A stretch of 32,087 nucleotides of DNA from Octopus bimaculoides (lineage: Eukaryota): contig NC_068983.1 in the NCBI RefSeq assembly GCF_001194135.2, positions 54,999,634 through 55,031,720 of the forward strand, written 5' to 3'. Shown one piece after another: positions 9,955 to 22,093 of the stretch. Under the pieces are notes generated by a model. The model ran no database searches. It saw only the letters and a list, made by a program, of their open reading frames with translations, and had not been told where the DNA came from. The position numbers and the translations under genes are program-made. The stretch's first letter is position 1. Every line of letters begins with the position of its first letter.

Positions 9955-10825
9955 TTCAGCATTGGTTTGATTTTTGAATTCCTTCTCTCACAGGAAACCA
10001 AAAGTGGTAATCAGTGGGAGAAAGGTCTGGGGAATAAGCTGGGTGGGAAGAACTTCATAGCCAAGTTCTCCCAACTTTGGAGTGGTTGAGCATTGTCATA
10101 ATGATTGACCCTCTTCTGTTGCCCAGTCTGGGATGGAGGAATAACAGTTTTCTGTTCATTTTGGCAATTTCATGGCAACATGTTTCTGCAGTAATGGTTT
10201 TTCAGGGTTTTAAGAAATTATAGTGGATGAGTCCAGCAGTACAGCGCCAAACAGTTACCATAACCTTCTTTTTGAAGAGCTCAGGTTTAGGGAAGGTTTT
10301 TGGTGCATCATTTTGGTTCAGCCACTGCGAAGAATCATTTTTATTATTGTACAGAATTCACTTTCCATCGCAAGTTACAATCTGGTTGAGAAATAGATCG
10401 GTCTGGTTACAGAGAAGAAGTGATTAGCAAATTTCATATCTGCACATAGTCTGATTTTCATTCAAATCGTGTGGTACCCATTTCTTGAGCTGTTTTGATT
10501 TTCTGATTGCATGCAAATGGTTGTGGGCAGTTTTCTGGCTAACTTGAAGTTCTTTTGCCAGTTCTCGAGTGGTTTTACATGGATCTTTCTCAATGACAGT
10601 CTTTAATTGACTATCATCAATGAAAGATGGGCGTCCACTATGCTCATGATTTACAAGGATCAGGTCTCCACTGGGAAATTGTTTAAACCATTTTTGAGAT
10701 GACCACTCACTGGTCATTTCCTCACCAAATGTTTCGCTGATGTCGTGAGCAGTTTCAGCTGCTTTTCATCCTTTTTTGAAGTTGAATAGCAAAATTGCTC
10801 GAGTATCATGCTTTGACAGTTCCAT
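9955..10825 (-). mobile_element. Decayed mariner (Tc1/mariner, DD34D-type) transposase pseudogene
   Basis: The minus strand reads MELSKHDTRAILLFNFKKG*KAAETAHDISETFGEE..WFKQF.SGD....SGRPS..TTRELA..KWVPHDL..IVTCDGK*ILY..KKVMVTVW..DNAQP..(P)AYSPDLSPTDYHF. WVPHxL and YSPDL are hallmark mariner motifs. There are at least four stops plus frameshifts and deletions; TIRs were not identified. Confidence 0.92.
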
Positions 10826-11147
10826 TTCAGATGATTGTAACAATGGTGAAAAATATCAATGTTAATTTATTGATGCATTTGGGCAAGTCTATGTCTGTAT
10901 TATCAGACAATTGCAAAAAAATGTTAAAAAAGAAAATTCAATATTCTGCAAAAATCCGGTGTAAATTCTTCATGGTTTAAAATGTTGCTTATTTTTTTTA
11001 CTCAACTTGATAGTATAAGTTGTTACATTGTGTCAATAATCATTTATAGAAAATGATCAATTTCAATTAATCAATTGCTTTAATGATTGTATTTATTTAA
11101 CGTATGTTTTAATTTTCTTTGTATTTTTTATACTTTGTTTTTTAAAG

Positions 11148-11294
11148 AGTATCAAGGTTCCAACGTCAGCAGATTTCAATCTGCTTGATTACAAATTCAA
11201 CGACTTCTCATTGGACGATGACAATACCTTACAAGCTTGTGTTCGGATGTTCCTAGATCTTGGATTTTTACAGCGATTTCAGATACGAAATGAT
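11148..11294 (+). CDS. PDE11: PDE11-like phosphodiesterase, exon d (SIKVPTSADFNLLDYKFNDFSLDDDNTLQACVRMFLDLGFLQRFQIRND)
   Basis: Long T-tract plus AAG acceptor and GTAAGT donor at 11295; 147 nt. Matches the 'F.DFSL......A..RMF..LG....F.I' start of the PDE catalytic domain. Absent from the ORF track. Confidence 0.92.
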
Positions 11295-11452
11295 GTAAGT
11301 ATTTCTTCAAAACTCATTATCACTTCTTAAATCTAAGTGTGGCCAATGGAGTGAGAGTGACATTGGACCATATTGCTCAGCATCTACCCTTTCTGAGCTC
11401 AGATCTCTGAGAAATCTTACCACCTTTATAATTATCGTCTTAATCACTATTA

Positions 11453-11648
11453 AGGCAGTGAACTGGCAGAGTCATTAGCATGCTGGACAAAATGCTTAGT
11501 GGCATTTTGTTAGCCCTTACATTCTGAGTTCAAATTCTGCTGAGGTTAACTTTGCCTTTCATCCTTTCGGGGCCGATGAAATAACACTGAGGTCAATGTA
11601 ATAGACTACCCCTCCTCCAATTTTCAGGCCTTGTGCCTATAGTAGAAG

Positions 11649-11689
<41 letters not shown>
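11453..11689 (+). mobile_element. SINE family C with (ATT)n tail, about 160 bp downstream of exon d
   Basis: Full module set. Confidence 0.8.
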
Positions 11690-11791
11690 GAGTGAAAGAG
11701 TAGCATATGCCATCAAAGTGACACTGGGGTTAATAATACAACTTGCAAGATTAAGATCCCCATCAACTGAATGGGGCTACAGTAGAGAGAG

Positions 11792-11822
<31 letters not shown>

Positions 11823-12284
11823 TGGCTTGGCTTTATGCTAGAAGATGAGCCAGAACAGAAGAGGGCTTTTGTTGTAGAGGAGCTACTGAGCCACATGGCT
11901 ACTGACATTATAGAAAATTGAGTGGAAATAATTGGGATGGGTCTGGAATGAGAGATAAAAATAGGAGTGATGAAGTGTCGGAGTGGACCCTCCAAGGTAT
12001 GAGAGTGAGTAGATGTGAGTTGGGACAGGAGAGCAAGGAGTGTGGATGAGTAGAGATTGCAAGAAGTGTATGGGAGGGTGAGAGATAGTTAGAGACGGGG
12101 ACTGGATGAACATGACAGTCAACCGATGTTGTCAATTCACCACTCAAACTCATTCACATTATAATTGTTCCTAACTTGGGCCTGAAAATTAGAATCCTAA
12201 CAAATGAATCTTGGTTTTCAGTGACTTTAGAATTGATAAGCATCGTGTAGTGGCTATGTTTTTTTATGCTTAACGCCATCTGTG

Positions 12285-12670
12285 TTTTCATCTTCTATGT
12301 TGTACTTGTTTTAGTCATTGGACAGGGGCCATACTGGGACACCACCTTGAAGGGTTTCGTTGAACAAAAGACCCCAGTACACTTTTTTATTTTTAAAGTC
12401 TAATAGTCTATTGATCAATTTTGCCAAATTGTTAATGGATGTAAACAAACCAACATCGGCTGTTAAGCAGTGGTACGGAACAAACAACATAAACACAACA
12501 CGCATGCAATCACGTGCATCTGCAATGGGTTTCCAACCAAATTCTCTTGTCATTTGTTGGCCCAAGGTTATAGTACAAGGCACTTGCCCAAGATGCCGTG
12601 CTGTGGGACTGAACCCAGAATCACATGGTTGAAAATTGAGCTTCTTGACCACTCCACAGCCATGCCCACA
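12285..12670 (-). mobile_element. SINE family A
   Basis: Colinear diverged copy. Confidence 0.75.
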
Positions 12671-13164
12671 TCTCCATATTTAAATATAATTCACAGAATC
12701 AGTGTTCCATGCTATTTGCAGTCACAAAATATTTAAAATTTGGCAGCACTCAGTTAACCTATTACTTTTTTTCCCCCACAAAGCAAACACCTTGTTTTTA
12801 ATGAGAAAGATAACAGACAGAAATTTAATTGTTACAGCTAGTTTGAATCTTATCTTTCCTTCCCATCCTAAAGCCATTTATCTGCAGACTGACAGCTACC
12901 CCAAGGATAGAATTATGGATAATCAAATCAGTTTCGTTACTGAACCTTCTCTAATAATTTTTCTTTTTCTTTTTTTCATCTTTTATTATTTAAAACTATT
13001 TTCTTGGCTCATATCCTTATTTCAACCCAACACCTGAGGTCAACAAGTACATATACAAGAATGTACAGCGAGATTATCTTGTTGATCATTAAATAATAGC
13101 AACTTTGTAAACACCCTTTTAGTCTAGTTTAAGTTTAGCTTTGATGGGACACTGTCTGAACTTA

Positions 13165-13300
13165 GATCAGGCATGGCTGTTTGGTGTAGAAATTCACTTT
13201 GCAAACCTATAATCCCAGGTTCAGTTCCACTGCTCAGCACCTTGAACAAATGTCTTCTACTATATCCTTGGTAGACAGAAGCTCTCTGAAAATCTGTTGT
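13165..13300 (+). mobile_element. SINE family A 5' fragment
   Basis: GGCATGGCTGTTTGG..CCCAGGTTCAGTTCCACTG..CACCTTGAACAAATGTCTTCTACTATA. Confidence 0.6.
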
Positions 13301-13316
13301 GTGTGTCTTTAAGCAT

Positions 13317-13700
13317 CATCATTATCATTTAACATCTGTTTTCCATGCTGGCATGGGTTGGATGGCTTGATAGGAGCTGGCAAGACCAGGAGCAACACCA
13401 GGTTCCATAGTCTGTTTTGTTTAGTTTTCTATGGTTGGATGCCCTTCGCAATTTACAGAATGCATTGGATACTTTTTACATGGTACCATCATAATGCTTC
13501 CTATGTGGAACCCCAAAAATGTTATCCTCATCATTTAACATCTGTGTTCCTAGCTGGTATTAGTTGGAGTGTCTGACAAGATCTGGTAATTTTGAGGACT
13601 GCATAGTGCTCCAATGTCTGCCTTGGCTTGGTTTCAGCAGTTGGGTGCCCCTCCTAATGCCAACCCCATTACAGTATATACCGAGTGCTTTTTTTCCTCA
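13317..13700 (-). mobile_element. Repeat family B, two adjacent partial copies
   Basis: Two CATCATTTAACATCTG tails (about 13325 and 13530), each followed by family B body. Confidence 0.7.
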
Positions 13701-14008
13701 TATCACCGACAATAGCGAGTCACAGGAAGAGAAAAAAATGTAAAGACTTCTTGCTAATAAATGATGGTGGTGGTGGGGAGTACTTCTGTTGAAAGGCTAA
13801 ATTATGACAGGGGGACAAGCATAGATGTCTTGCTATAGAAAAAATACATGGCTGTTCCACATTATATAGGGTTGCGTGGGAGTATTTTAGAAGGAGATAA
13901 AGATGGAAATGGAGTGCCAAGCAAACATTTAAGGTGTCCGAAAATAAGCATAAGAGAGGATAGGATACAGTCAGTGGGTTGGGGTGGGGGAGTGGATACT
14001 TTCATAAG

Positions 14009-14075
14009 AGTGGTTCTTGACGGTTTTTTTTTTCTTATGGATCCCTTTAATTCCTATTTTACTTGGGTGGATCCT
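14009..14075. mobile_element. Left-end fragment of the same hAT-like MITE
   Basis: AGTGGTTCTTGAC..TTTT..CTTATGGATCCCTTTAATTCCTATTTT..GGATCCTCA aligns with 2807-2878. Confidence 0.5.
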
Positions 14076-14844
14076 CATCGTCTCTCAATGTTTAACCCTT
14101 TACCATTAAGATTCCTCTCACAAATGTGGTGCTTGTTTAGTCTTTTTACTTCATTATTCTTGGTTTACAAACACACTTCTTTAATCATTGAGTTCATGTG
14201 ACATCTTGACTTTTTTTTCCTTTGTTAGAAATATTCAATAGATTTGTCAGTTGAACAGGTGCTAGACCAAGTCTGTTATCCAAATATATACTATGTCTTC
14301 AGGTAATGTTATTACACATCAATCAAAATGTGTTTTTTTGAGAACTTATCTTTGAATCTGTTTAAGAATAAATGTTTGTTTTATCAGCATGAAACGGAGT
14401 TTGTATAACAAACATTGAAATAAATACACAGCAAATAGAATTAAAATGTTGTTCGCTTGCCAGTTGTCTTTGACAAATATTTTTTGTCAGGTCAGATAAT
14501 ATTGTGAATAACCAAGTCAACTGGATATCAGACAATGGAGTTGAAAGACACAAGGCAATCAGGCAACACTAGGCCTGTATATGGTCACATGATCTGCTAG
14601 AAATAGCAGTTAAATCTTCTTCAAATCATAACCTTCAATTTTTGAGAAAATGGCCACATTGAATTAGGAAATAAGCATTCACTATGTATCAGCTATAGAA
14701 AATAATCTAATATTGGGGCATATAAGCCACATGCCCTAATACCCCTTTTTTTCTGTGAAGGGCTTATATGCCCCAATGTTAGAGAATATTTTATAGCCAA
14801 TACATACATACATATATACATACATACATATATACATACATACA

Positions 14845-14953
14845 TGATGGGCTTCTTTCAGTTTCCGTCTACGAAATCTGCTCACAAGGCTTTGGTGCCA
14901 CACAGTAGACTGAACCCGGAATCATGTGGTTGGTAAGCAAGCTACTTACCTCA
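14845..14953 (-). mobile_element. SINE family A 5' part, internally deleted, running into a gap
   Basis: GATGGGCTTCTTTCAGTTTCCGTCTAC..GACTGAACCCGGAATCATGTGGTTGGTAAGC. Confidence 0.65.
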
Positions 14954-16234
14954 NNNNNNNNNNNNNNNNNNNNNNNNNNNNNNNNNNNNNNNNNNNNNNN
15001 NNNNNNNNNNNNNNNNNNNNNNNNNNNNNNNNNNNNNNNNNNNNNNNNNNNNNNNNNNNNNNNNNNNNNNNNNNNNNNNNNNNNNNNNNNNNNNNNNNNN
15101 NNNNNNNNNNNNNNNNNNNNNNNNNNNNNNNNNNNNNNNNNNNNNNNNNNNNNNNNNNNNNNNNNNNNNNNNNNNNNNNNNNNNNNNNNNNNNNNNNNNN
15201 NNNNNNNNNNNNNNNNNNNNNNNNNNNNNNNNNNNNNNNNNNNNNNNNNNNNNNNNNNNNNNNNNNNNNNNNNNNNNNNNNNNNNNNNNNNNNNNNNNNN
15301 NNNNNNNNNNNNNNNNNNNNNNNNNNNNNNNNNNNNNNNNNNNNNNNNNNNNNNNNNNNNNNNNNNNNNNNNNNNNNNNNNNNNNNNNNNNNNNNNNNNN
15401 NNNNNNNNNNNNNNNNNNNNNNNNNNNNNNNNNNNNNNNNNNNNNNNNNNNNNNNNNNNNNNNNNNNNNNNNNNNNNNNNNNNNNNNNNNNNNNNNNNNN
15501 NNNNNNNNNNNNNNNNNNNNNNNNNNNNNNNNNNNNNNNNNNNNNNNTATATATATATATATATATATATATCTTTTGCTGTTTATGTTGCTTTATCTGG
15601 CAGTCTTTCAGTATGTTAGGTCAATAAAATCACATTTGACAGTTTTATTCTTTCTCCTGTCTCAATGACAAACACTGGTAGTTTTACTGTTTATGAAATC
15701 AGTGAATTCAATTATATATTTAAATAAATTACAGGATTTTCAGTTTCAAAAGCCATCTTTTATTCATGATATTATTTGATGACATTTATTTAAAAATAAT
15801 GAATTATATATTTGGCAATTGACAGTTTAAACGTTGAATTTGTGGTTGATATATGAAAGACTTTTATCTGCATTATCATTAATCTACATTATCAGTTCAT
15901 TATCTTTGTATGCCAACAGATTTATTACACTGTTAGTTCTGTTAGTTTAAAAATTGAGTCTTTCATTGTTAATTTATGATAATTTATTTTTATAAAATCT
16001 CCCTTGCTATTCTGTTTTTACTTGTTTCAGTCATATGACTTTGGCCATGCTGGAGCACCACCTTTAGTCGAGCAAATCGGCTCCAAAAGTATATATTTCT
16101 GTTTAGAATTAGTCCATGTGAAAGTATTGTAAAATCAATTAAATCTGTTCTTAACTATAATTAACGAATTTGAAAACTCAAACAAAAATCCCAGGTTTTG
16201 AAATGCAGAGGCTGTCACTATAATTACAAGTGTT

Positions 16235-16345
16235 GGCATGGCTGTATGGTAAGGAGCTTGCATCCCAGCCACAAGGTTCTGGGTTCAGTCTCACTGCATG
16301 GCACCCTTCTACTATAGCCTTGGGGCTGACCAATGCCTTGTTGTA
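16235..16345 (+). mobile_element. SINE family A 5' fragment (a minus-strand tail fragment lies at about 16005-16085)
   Basis: GGCATGGCTGTATGGTAAGGAGCTTG..GGGTTCAGTCTCACTG..CTTCTACTATAGCC. Confidence 0.65.
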
Positions 16346-16519
16346 AGTAGCATTATCAGGTTTAGGGGTGCAAAGCAGATGCAAACATACCACCTGCACT
16401 GACCAGTAATTCTGACCACCTGCACTGACCTGTAAGATTTAAAAGAGGAAAGATTCTAAAATCTCTACTACCTATTCCAGTAGATTCCTACACTAATTTT
16501 TAAAAACAAATTGTTGTTC

Positions 16520-16935
16520 ATCTTTTTCACTAGTTTCAATCATTACACTGTGACCATGCTGGGGCACTGCCCTGAATTTTTAGTCGAATAAATCAACCCC
16601 AGTATTTATTTTAATTTTTAAAGTCTTCTACTTATTCTATCATCTCTTTTGATGAATCACTAGGTTACAGGGACATAAACACACCAACACTGGTTGTCAA
16701 GCAGTGATGGGAAACAAACACAAAGATACACGCATACACACACACACACACACACACACATATAAATGCATGACAAGCTTCTTTCAGTTTCTATTTACCA
16801 AATCCACTTGCAAGGCTTTGGTTAGCTTGAGGCTATAGTAGAAGACACTTGCCTAAGTTGCCGCACAGTGGGACTGAACCTGGAGCCATGTGCTTGAGAA
16901 ACAAGCTTTTTACCGCACAGCCATGCCTGCATCTA
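16520..16935 (-). mobile_element. SINE family A, near full length
   Basis: All modules are colinear. Confidence 0.85.
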
Positions 16936-18194
16936 AATTACTTCTGTTTTTTTAATTTTTTTATTTATTTCTAAATATTTAGTGAAAGTTACAGTAAACA
17001 TCAACTTTCCCATGNNNNNNNNNNNNNNNNNNNNNNNNNNNNNNNNNNNNNNNNNNNNNNNNNNNNNNNNNNNNNNNNNNNNNNNNNNNNNNNNNNNNNN
17101 NNNNNNNNNNNNNNNNNNNNNNNNNNNNNNNNNNNNNNNNNNNNNNNNNNNNNNNNNNNNNNNNNNNNNNNNNNNNNNNNNNNNNNNNNNNNNNNNNNNN
17201 NNNNNNNNNNNNNNNNNNNNNNNNNNNNNNNNNNNNNNNNNNNNNNNNNNNNNNNNNNNNNNNNNNNNNNNNNNNNNNNNNNNNNNNNNNNNNNNNNNNN
17301 NNNNNNNNNNNNNNNNNNNNNNNNNNNNNNNNNNNNNNNNNNNNNNNNNNNNNNNNNNNNNNNNNNNNNNNNNNNNNNNNNNNNNNNNNNNNNNNNNNNN
17401 NNNNNNNNNNNNNNNNNNNNNNNNNNNNNNNNNNNNNNNNNNNNNNNNNNNNNNNNNNNNNNNNNNNNNNNNNNNNNNNNNNNNNNNNNNNNNNNNNNNN
17501 NNNNNNNNNNNNNNNNNNNNNNNNNNNNNNNNNNNNNNNNNNNNNNNNNNNNNNNNNNNNNNNNNNNNNNNNNNNNNNNNNNNNNNNNNNNNNNNNNNNN
17601 NNNNNNNNNNNNNNNNNNNNNNNNNNNNNNNNNNNNNNNNNNNNNNNNNNNNNNNNNNNNNNNNNNNNNNNNNNNNNNNNNNNNNNNNNNNNNNNNNNNN
17701 NNNNNNNNNNNNNNNNNNNNNNNNNNNNNNNNNNNNNNNNNNNNNNNNNNNNNNNNNNNNNNNNNNNNNNNNNNNNNNNNNNNNNNNNNNNNNNNNNNNN
17801 NNNNNNNNNNNNNNNNNNNNNNNNNNNNNNNNNNNNNNNNNNNNNNNNNNNNNNNNNNNNNNNNNNNNNNNNNNNNNNNNNNNNNNNNNNNNNNNNNNNN
17901 NNNNNNNNNNNNNNNNNNNNNNNNNNNNNNNNNNNNNNNNNNNNNNNNNNNNNNNNNNNNNNNNNNNNNNNNNNNNNNNNNNNNNNNNNNNNNNNNNNNN
18001 NATGTTGGCTTTCTCTCATCTTCATCAGAATCTCTCTGATGAATCTGAGGAAACCAAAATTTCAAAGGTTCTGTTAAACATCTCTTCGTAAAGATTAATA
18101 AATATTGTATATAATACCTTAGAAAATTAATTTTTATCAAATGAAAAAAAAAAAAACGTTTAAAAAATATCAAATCAAGTTCTGTGTATTCCTT

Positions 18195-18595
18195 TATCTT
18201 TTACTTGTTTCGGTCATCAGATTGTGGCCATGCTGGAGCATCGTGTTGAAGGGTTTAATTGAACAAATTGACTGCCCCGCTAGTGTTTGTTTTTTTTTAA
18301 GTCTGGTACTTATCCCATTGATTTCTTTTTGCTGAACTTCTTAAGTTATGGGGACGTAAACAAACTAACACTGGTTGTCAAGCAGTGATTGGGGAACAAA
18401 GACAAACGCAAAGAGACACACACATACACATATATGTGATGGGCTTCTTTCAGCTTGTCTCCTAAATCTACTCACAGGGTTACGATTAGCCCTCAGGATA
18501 TATAGCTGAAGGCACTTGCCCAGGTTTCTATGCGGTGGGACTGAACCCAGAACCCTATGGTTGGATGAGCAAACATTTTGTCATGCAGCCACAAA
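18195..18595 (-). mobile_element. SINE family A, near full length
   Basis: All modules are colinear. Confidence 0.8.
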
Positions 18596-19739
18596 TGTTC
18601 TTTAAATGTCATGTTATGCCCTTGAATGCACTAAAACCTTTTTACTCCCCCAAATGTGTGTTGCTGAAGTTTGGGGCTGGTGGGATGTCTAATATATCTT
18701 TTTGTCTTCTATTCCATCAAATATAGTATGTCCTCCAAGAAAAAGTTCCCAATAATATTTCAGTTTAATATTAAATTGCTTTTGTATAAAACTTGACATA
18801 CAAACAAAACCTTAATACATACAAATGTGTGTGTGTGTGTGCATATGTATACTTAGACACACGTTGGTACAAATATGTGTGTGTTTGCTTTTGTCCGTGT
18901 TAATGTTTAAAGTACAGTTGTTATGTTGTATCCCCATTTTCTATAACTTACCTTTTCAAAAACAGCTACCAAATGTGTCACGGTATAATACTAAAGTGGT
19001 TCAACCTTTAAATGCTTCAAATCTGCTCACCGCTTCTTTTTCCTTGTTAATTTTCTTTTTCACTGTTCTTAATATAAAAGTTCTGTTTGGCATTTTCTTC
19101 CAGAATATTCTGTTTTGAACAGCATTAAATATTTATTTTAAAGAATTCACAACTGATTAACAATTCATAAGATACATGTAGAGCAGCATGACCCCAAACC
19201 ACAACAACTTATCCATTCTTAATGTCTTCTGGCAGATATTAATGTGAATATGTGGATCATTGCCTTGACATGGGGCGTGTTCATAACACATGGTTCACCT
19301 GTGTAAGGGGAGTTTGAGACACTGCATTGTTTCAGCCTTATTATGTGTCTCCTCAGTTAAAGCTTACCTCCATCTGAGTGATGAACCTCACAAGACCACA
19401 TTCTCTTGTTTATAAGAACCAACTAAGAAATTATTTGATCATGCATGCAAATGTTTGCTCAACAGTTAATAATTCATGGCATCCATGTAGAACTGTGAGA
19501 ATTTTAACAATCATGTATCTATTTAATCTTAATACCTTCTGGCAGATTTTAATGTGAATATGCTGATCACTGTGGTTTTTGCATCTACAGAGCATTTCCT
19601 TCCTTTCATTGATCTGTGTTATAAACACACATCAATGTGTATGGGAACTTCAGGACACTGTGTCGTTTTGGCCTTGTTAAAGCTACCACATCAGACTGAT
19701 GAATCTTGTAAGAGCACAACCTCTTGTTTCTAAGAATCA

Positions 19740-20135
19740 TCCTCATCATCATTTTATATCTGTTTTCTATGATGGCATGGGTTGGATGGTTTGACAGGTG
19801 CTGGCAAACCAGAGAGCTGCACCAAGTCCTAGTCATCTGACTTGGTATGGTTTCTACAACTGGATGCTCTTCCTAACACCAACCACTTTACAGAGTGTAC
19901 TGGGTGCTTTTTAAATTGTGCCAACACGTGCTCTTTACATAGTACTGACACGTGTGCTTCTTATGTGGTGCCATTACAGGTCCTTCTTACATGGCACCAG
20001 CATGGATGCCCTTCATGTATCACCAGCATGAGAGCACAAAACATAGCACTGGCACGAGTGCTCTTTTATGTGGCCCTTTTTATGTAGTGCTGGCACAGGG
20101 GCTTTTTTATATGGTACCAGTACCTACAGCATCGT
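19740..20135 (-). mobile_element. Repeat family B with expanded minisatellite
   Basis: Tail, GGATGCTCTTCCTAACACCAACCAC and several GTGCTYTTWAYRTGGYRCC-like units. Confidence 0.75.
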
Positions 20136-20555
20136 CAAGTGGCTTGCAAGACAAGGACATTTCAGCTGAGAGAAGTGGCCAGGTGAAAGCTGACAGGTTG
20201 GAGTATGACAGAGGGTCAGTGATAATTTAGCAAATTAATTGCTGATACATGCTGACATCTGCCAAATTGATTAACAATTTATAGAATATATGCAGAACAG
20301 TGAAAATCTGAGCAATAATATTATCTTTTCATTCTTAATATGTCCTAGCTGATTCAAATGTGAATACCTGTTCGCTGTTGTTTTTGCATCACCAGAGAAC
20401 ACCTCTGCTCATTAGATGATATGTGTTCGCAACACTCGAAACTTTGAGACATTGTGGTGTTTCAACCATGTTGTTTTGTGTCTCATCAGTCAATGCCACC
20501 TGCTGCCAGCCTGATAAATCTGCCAAGAGTATGAGCCCTTGTTTACAGGAATCCA

Positions 20556-20807
20556 GGGCATATAGTGTAGTGGTTAAGAGCACGGGCTACTAACCCCAAG
20601 ATTCTGAGTTCGATTCCAGGCAGTGACTTGAATAATAATAATAATAATAATATCGAAAAATACCTTAGGAATGAGAACTCGTGTTCGAAAATTTCCTTTC
20701 CCAAGACACCTGATGAAAGTTGGAGGGTATATTAGCCAAAACGTTGTGTTAACAACAAACAAGATGAGGACAAATATCTGTCAAATGTAAATAATGTAAA
20801 TAATGTA
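20556..20807 (+). mobile_element. SINE family D, copy 2, with decayed hammerhead motif at 20705-20750
   Basis: Colinear with 3009-3247: tRNA head, (AAT)n, body, and an AATGTAAAT tandem tail. The core GAAA is mutated to AAAA and stem II is weakened. Confidence 0.85.
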
Positions 20808-20944
20808 CTAAACAAATTATTTGCTTATGTGCATTGATATTTGCCAAACAGATAACAATATATGGGGTGTAAAGAGAATTAAGAATGAGTAGATCCATTT
20901 TTGTCTGGATTCTCATTATTCTGTTACAGTTTTTTTCTTAATAC

Positions 20945-21346
20945 ACGCAGGTGTGGTTGTGTGGTAAGAAGTTTGTTTCCTAACCACCTAGTTCCAGGTT
21001 CAGTTTCACAGCATGGCAAGTGTCTTCCAGGTTCAGTTTCACAGCATGGCAAGCCTTGGGTTGACCAAAGCCTTTTGAGTTGATTTGGTAGACGGAAACT
21101 GAAAGAAAACCATTGTATGTGTGTGTGTGTGTGTGTGAGTTACTGTGTTTTTGCCTTGGACATCATGTGATAGGAATAAATGAATGTCACTGCCATATAA
21201 ACATATCTGGTTATGGGGAAATATTACCTTGCTCAGAAACAGGTGAAGGTTGGTGACAGAAAGGGCATCCAGCTGTAGAAAACCCACCTCAACAAATTCT
21301 ACCCAACACATGCAAGCATGGAAGAGTGAACATTAAAAGGATGATG

Positions 21347-21350
<4 letters not shown>
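20945..21350 (+). mobile_element. Composite SINE: family A head and (TG)n joined to a family B-type tail ending (GAT)n
   Basis: The head matches family A (with a local 25-bp duplication at about 20991-21054). After (TG)n comes GGTTGGTGACAGAAAGGGCATCCAGCTGTAGAAA..CATGCAAGCATGGAA..GATGATGAT. The reverse complement of 4890-5130 is similar. Confidence 0.65.
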
Positions 21351-21391
<41 letters not shown>

Positions 21392-21809
21392 NNNNNNNNN
21401 NNNNNNNNNNNNNNNNNNNNNNNNNNNNNNNNNNNNNNNNNNNNNNNNNNNNNNNNNNNNNNNNNNNNNNNNNNNNNNNNNNNNNNNNNNNNNNNNNNNN
21501 NNNNNNNNNNNNNNNNNNNNNNNNNNNNNNNNNNNNNNNNNNNNNNNNNNNNNNNNNNNNNNNNNNNTCATTTATACATAAACATGTAGTATTCATACCA
21601 ACTGCTGTTCTGGTGTGTAAACATTCCTTGTTTTGTTTTGATGCGATTTCTGGCGCCATCACAGTAAAGCTTCACCACCGCCAAAAATTGAAAAAAAGAA
21701 ACTGCTCCTGTCCATTCGTCAGTTATTTTATTGTTCATTTAAGTGTAGTAATAAAACTGACGAAGTTATATTTAGTTGTTTTATTATGCACATTTGTTTT
21801 TAGATAATA

Positions 21810-22048
21810 ATAATAATTATTATTATTATTATTGTTATTTCAAATTTTTGCCACTAGGGCAGTTTGGGGGTGGTGGGTATGGGTCGATTACATCAATCCC
21901 AATGTTCAACTGGTTTTATCCACCCCAAAAGGATGAAAGGTAAAGTTGACCTCGGCAGAATTTGAACTCAGAATGCAGTGATGGGTGAAATACCACTAAG
22001 CATTTCGTCCAGCGTGCTTACGATTCTGCCAGCTCGCTGCCTTCAAGA

Positions 22049-22093
<45 letters not shown>

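Larger units (their letters stand above)
19150..20860. repeat. Ancient ~310-bp tandem array (3 units) interrupted by family B and family D elements
   Basis: Shared blocks TCTTAAT..CT(G/A)GC(A/T)GAT..AATGTGAATA at about 19218, 19527 and 20333, and CTTGTTT(A/C)..A.GAA at about 19405, 19722 and 20538. Confidence 0.75.

Noticed and set aside
10860-10930. Possible mariner TIR
   Set aside because: No matching inverted copy could be found near 9850-9960.
11830-12130. Purine-rich stretch with short ORFs on both strands
   Set aside because: Low complexity, with no recognisable domain or second copy.
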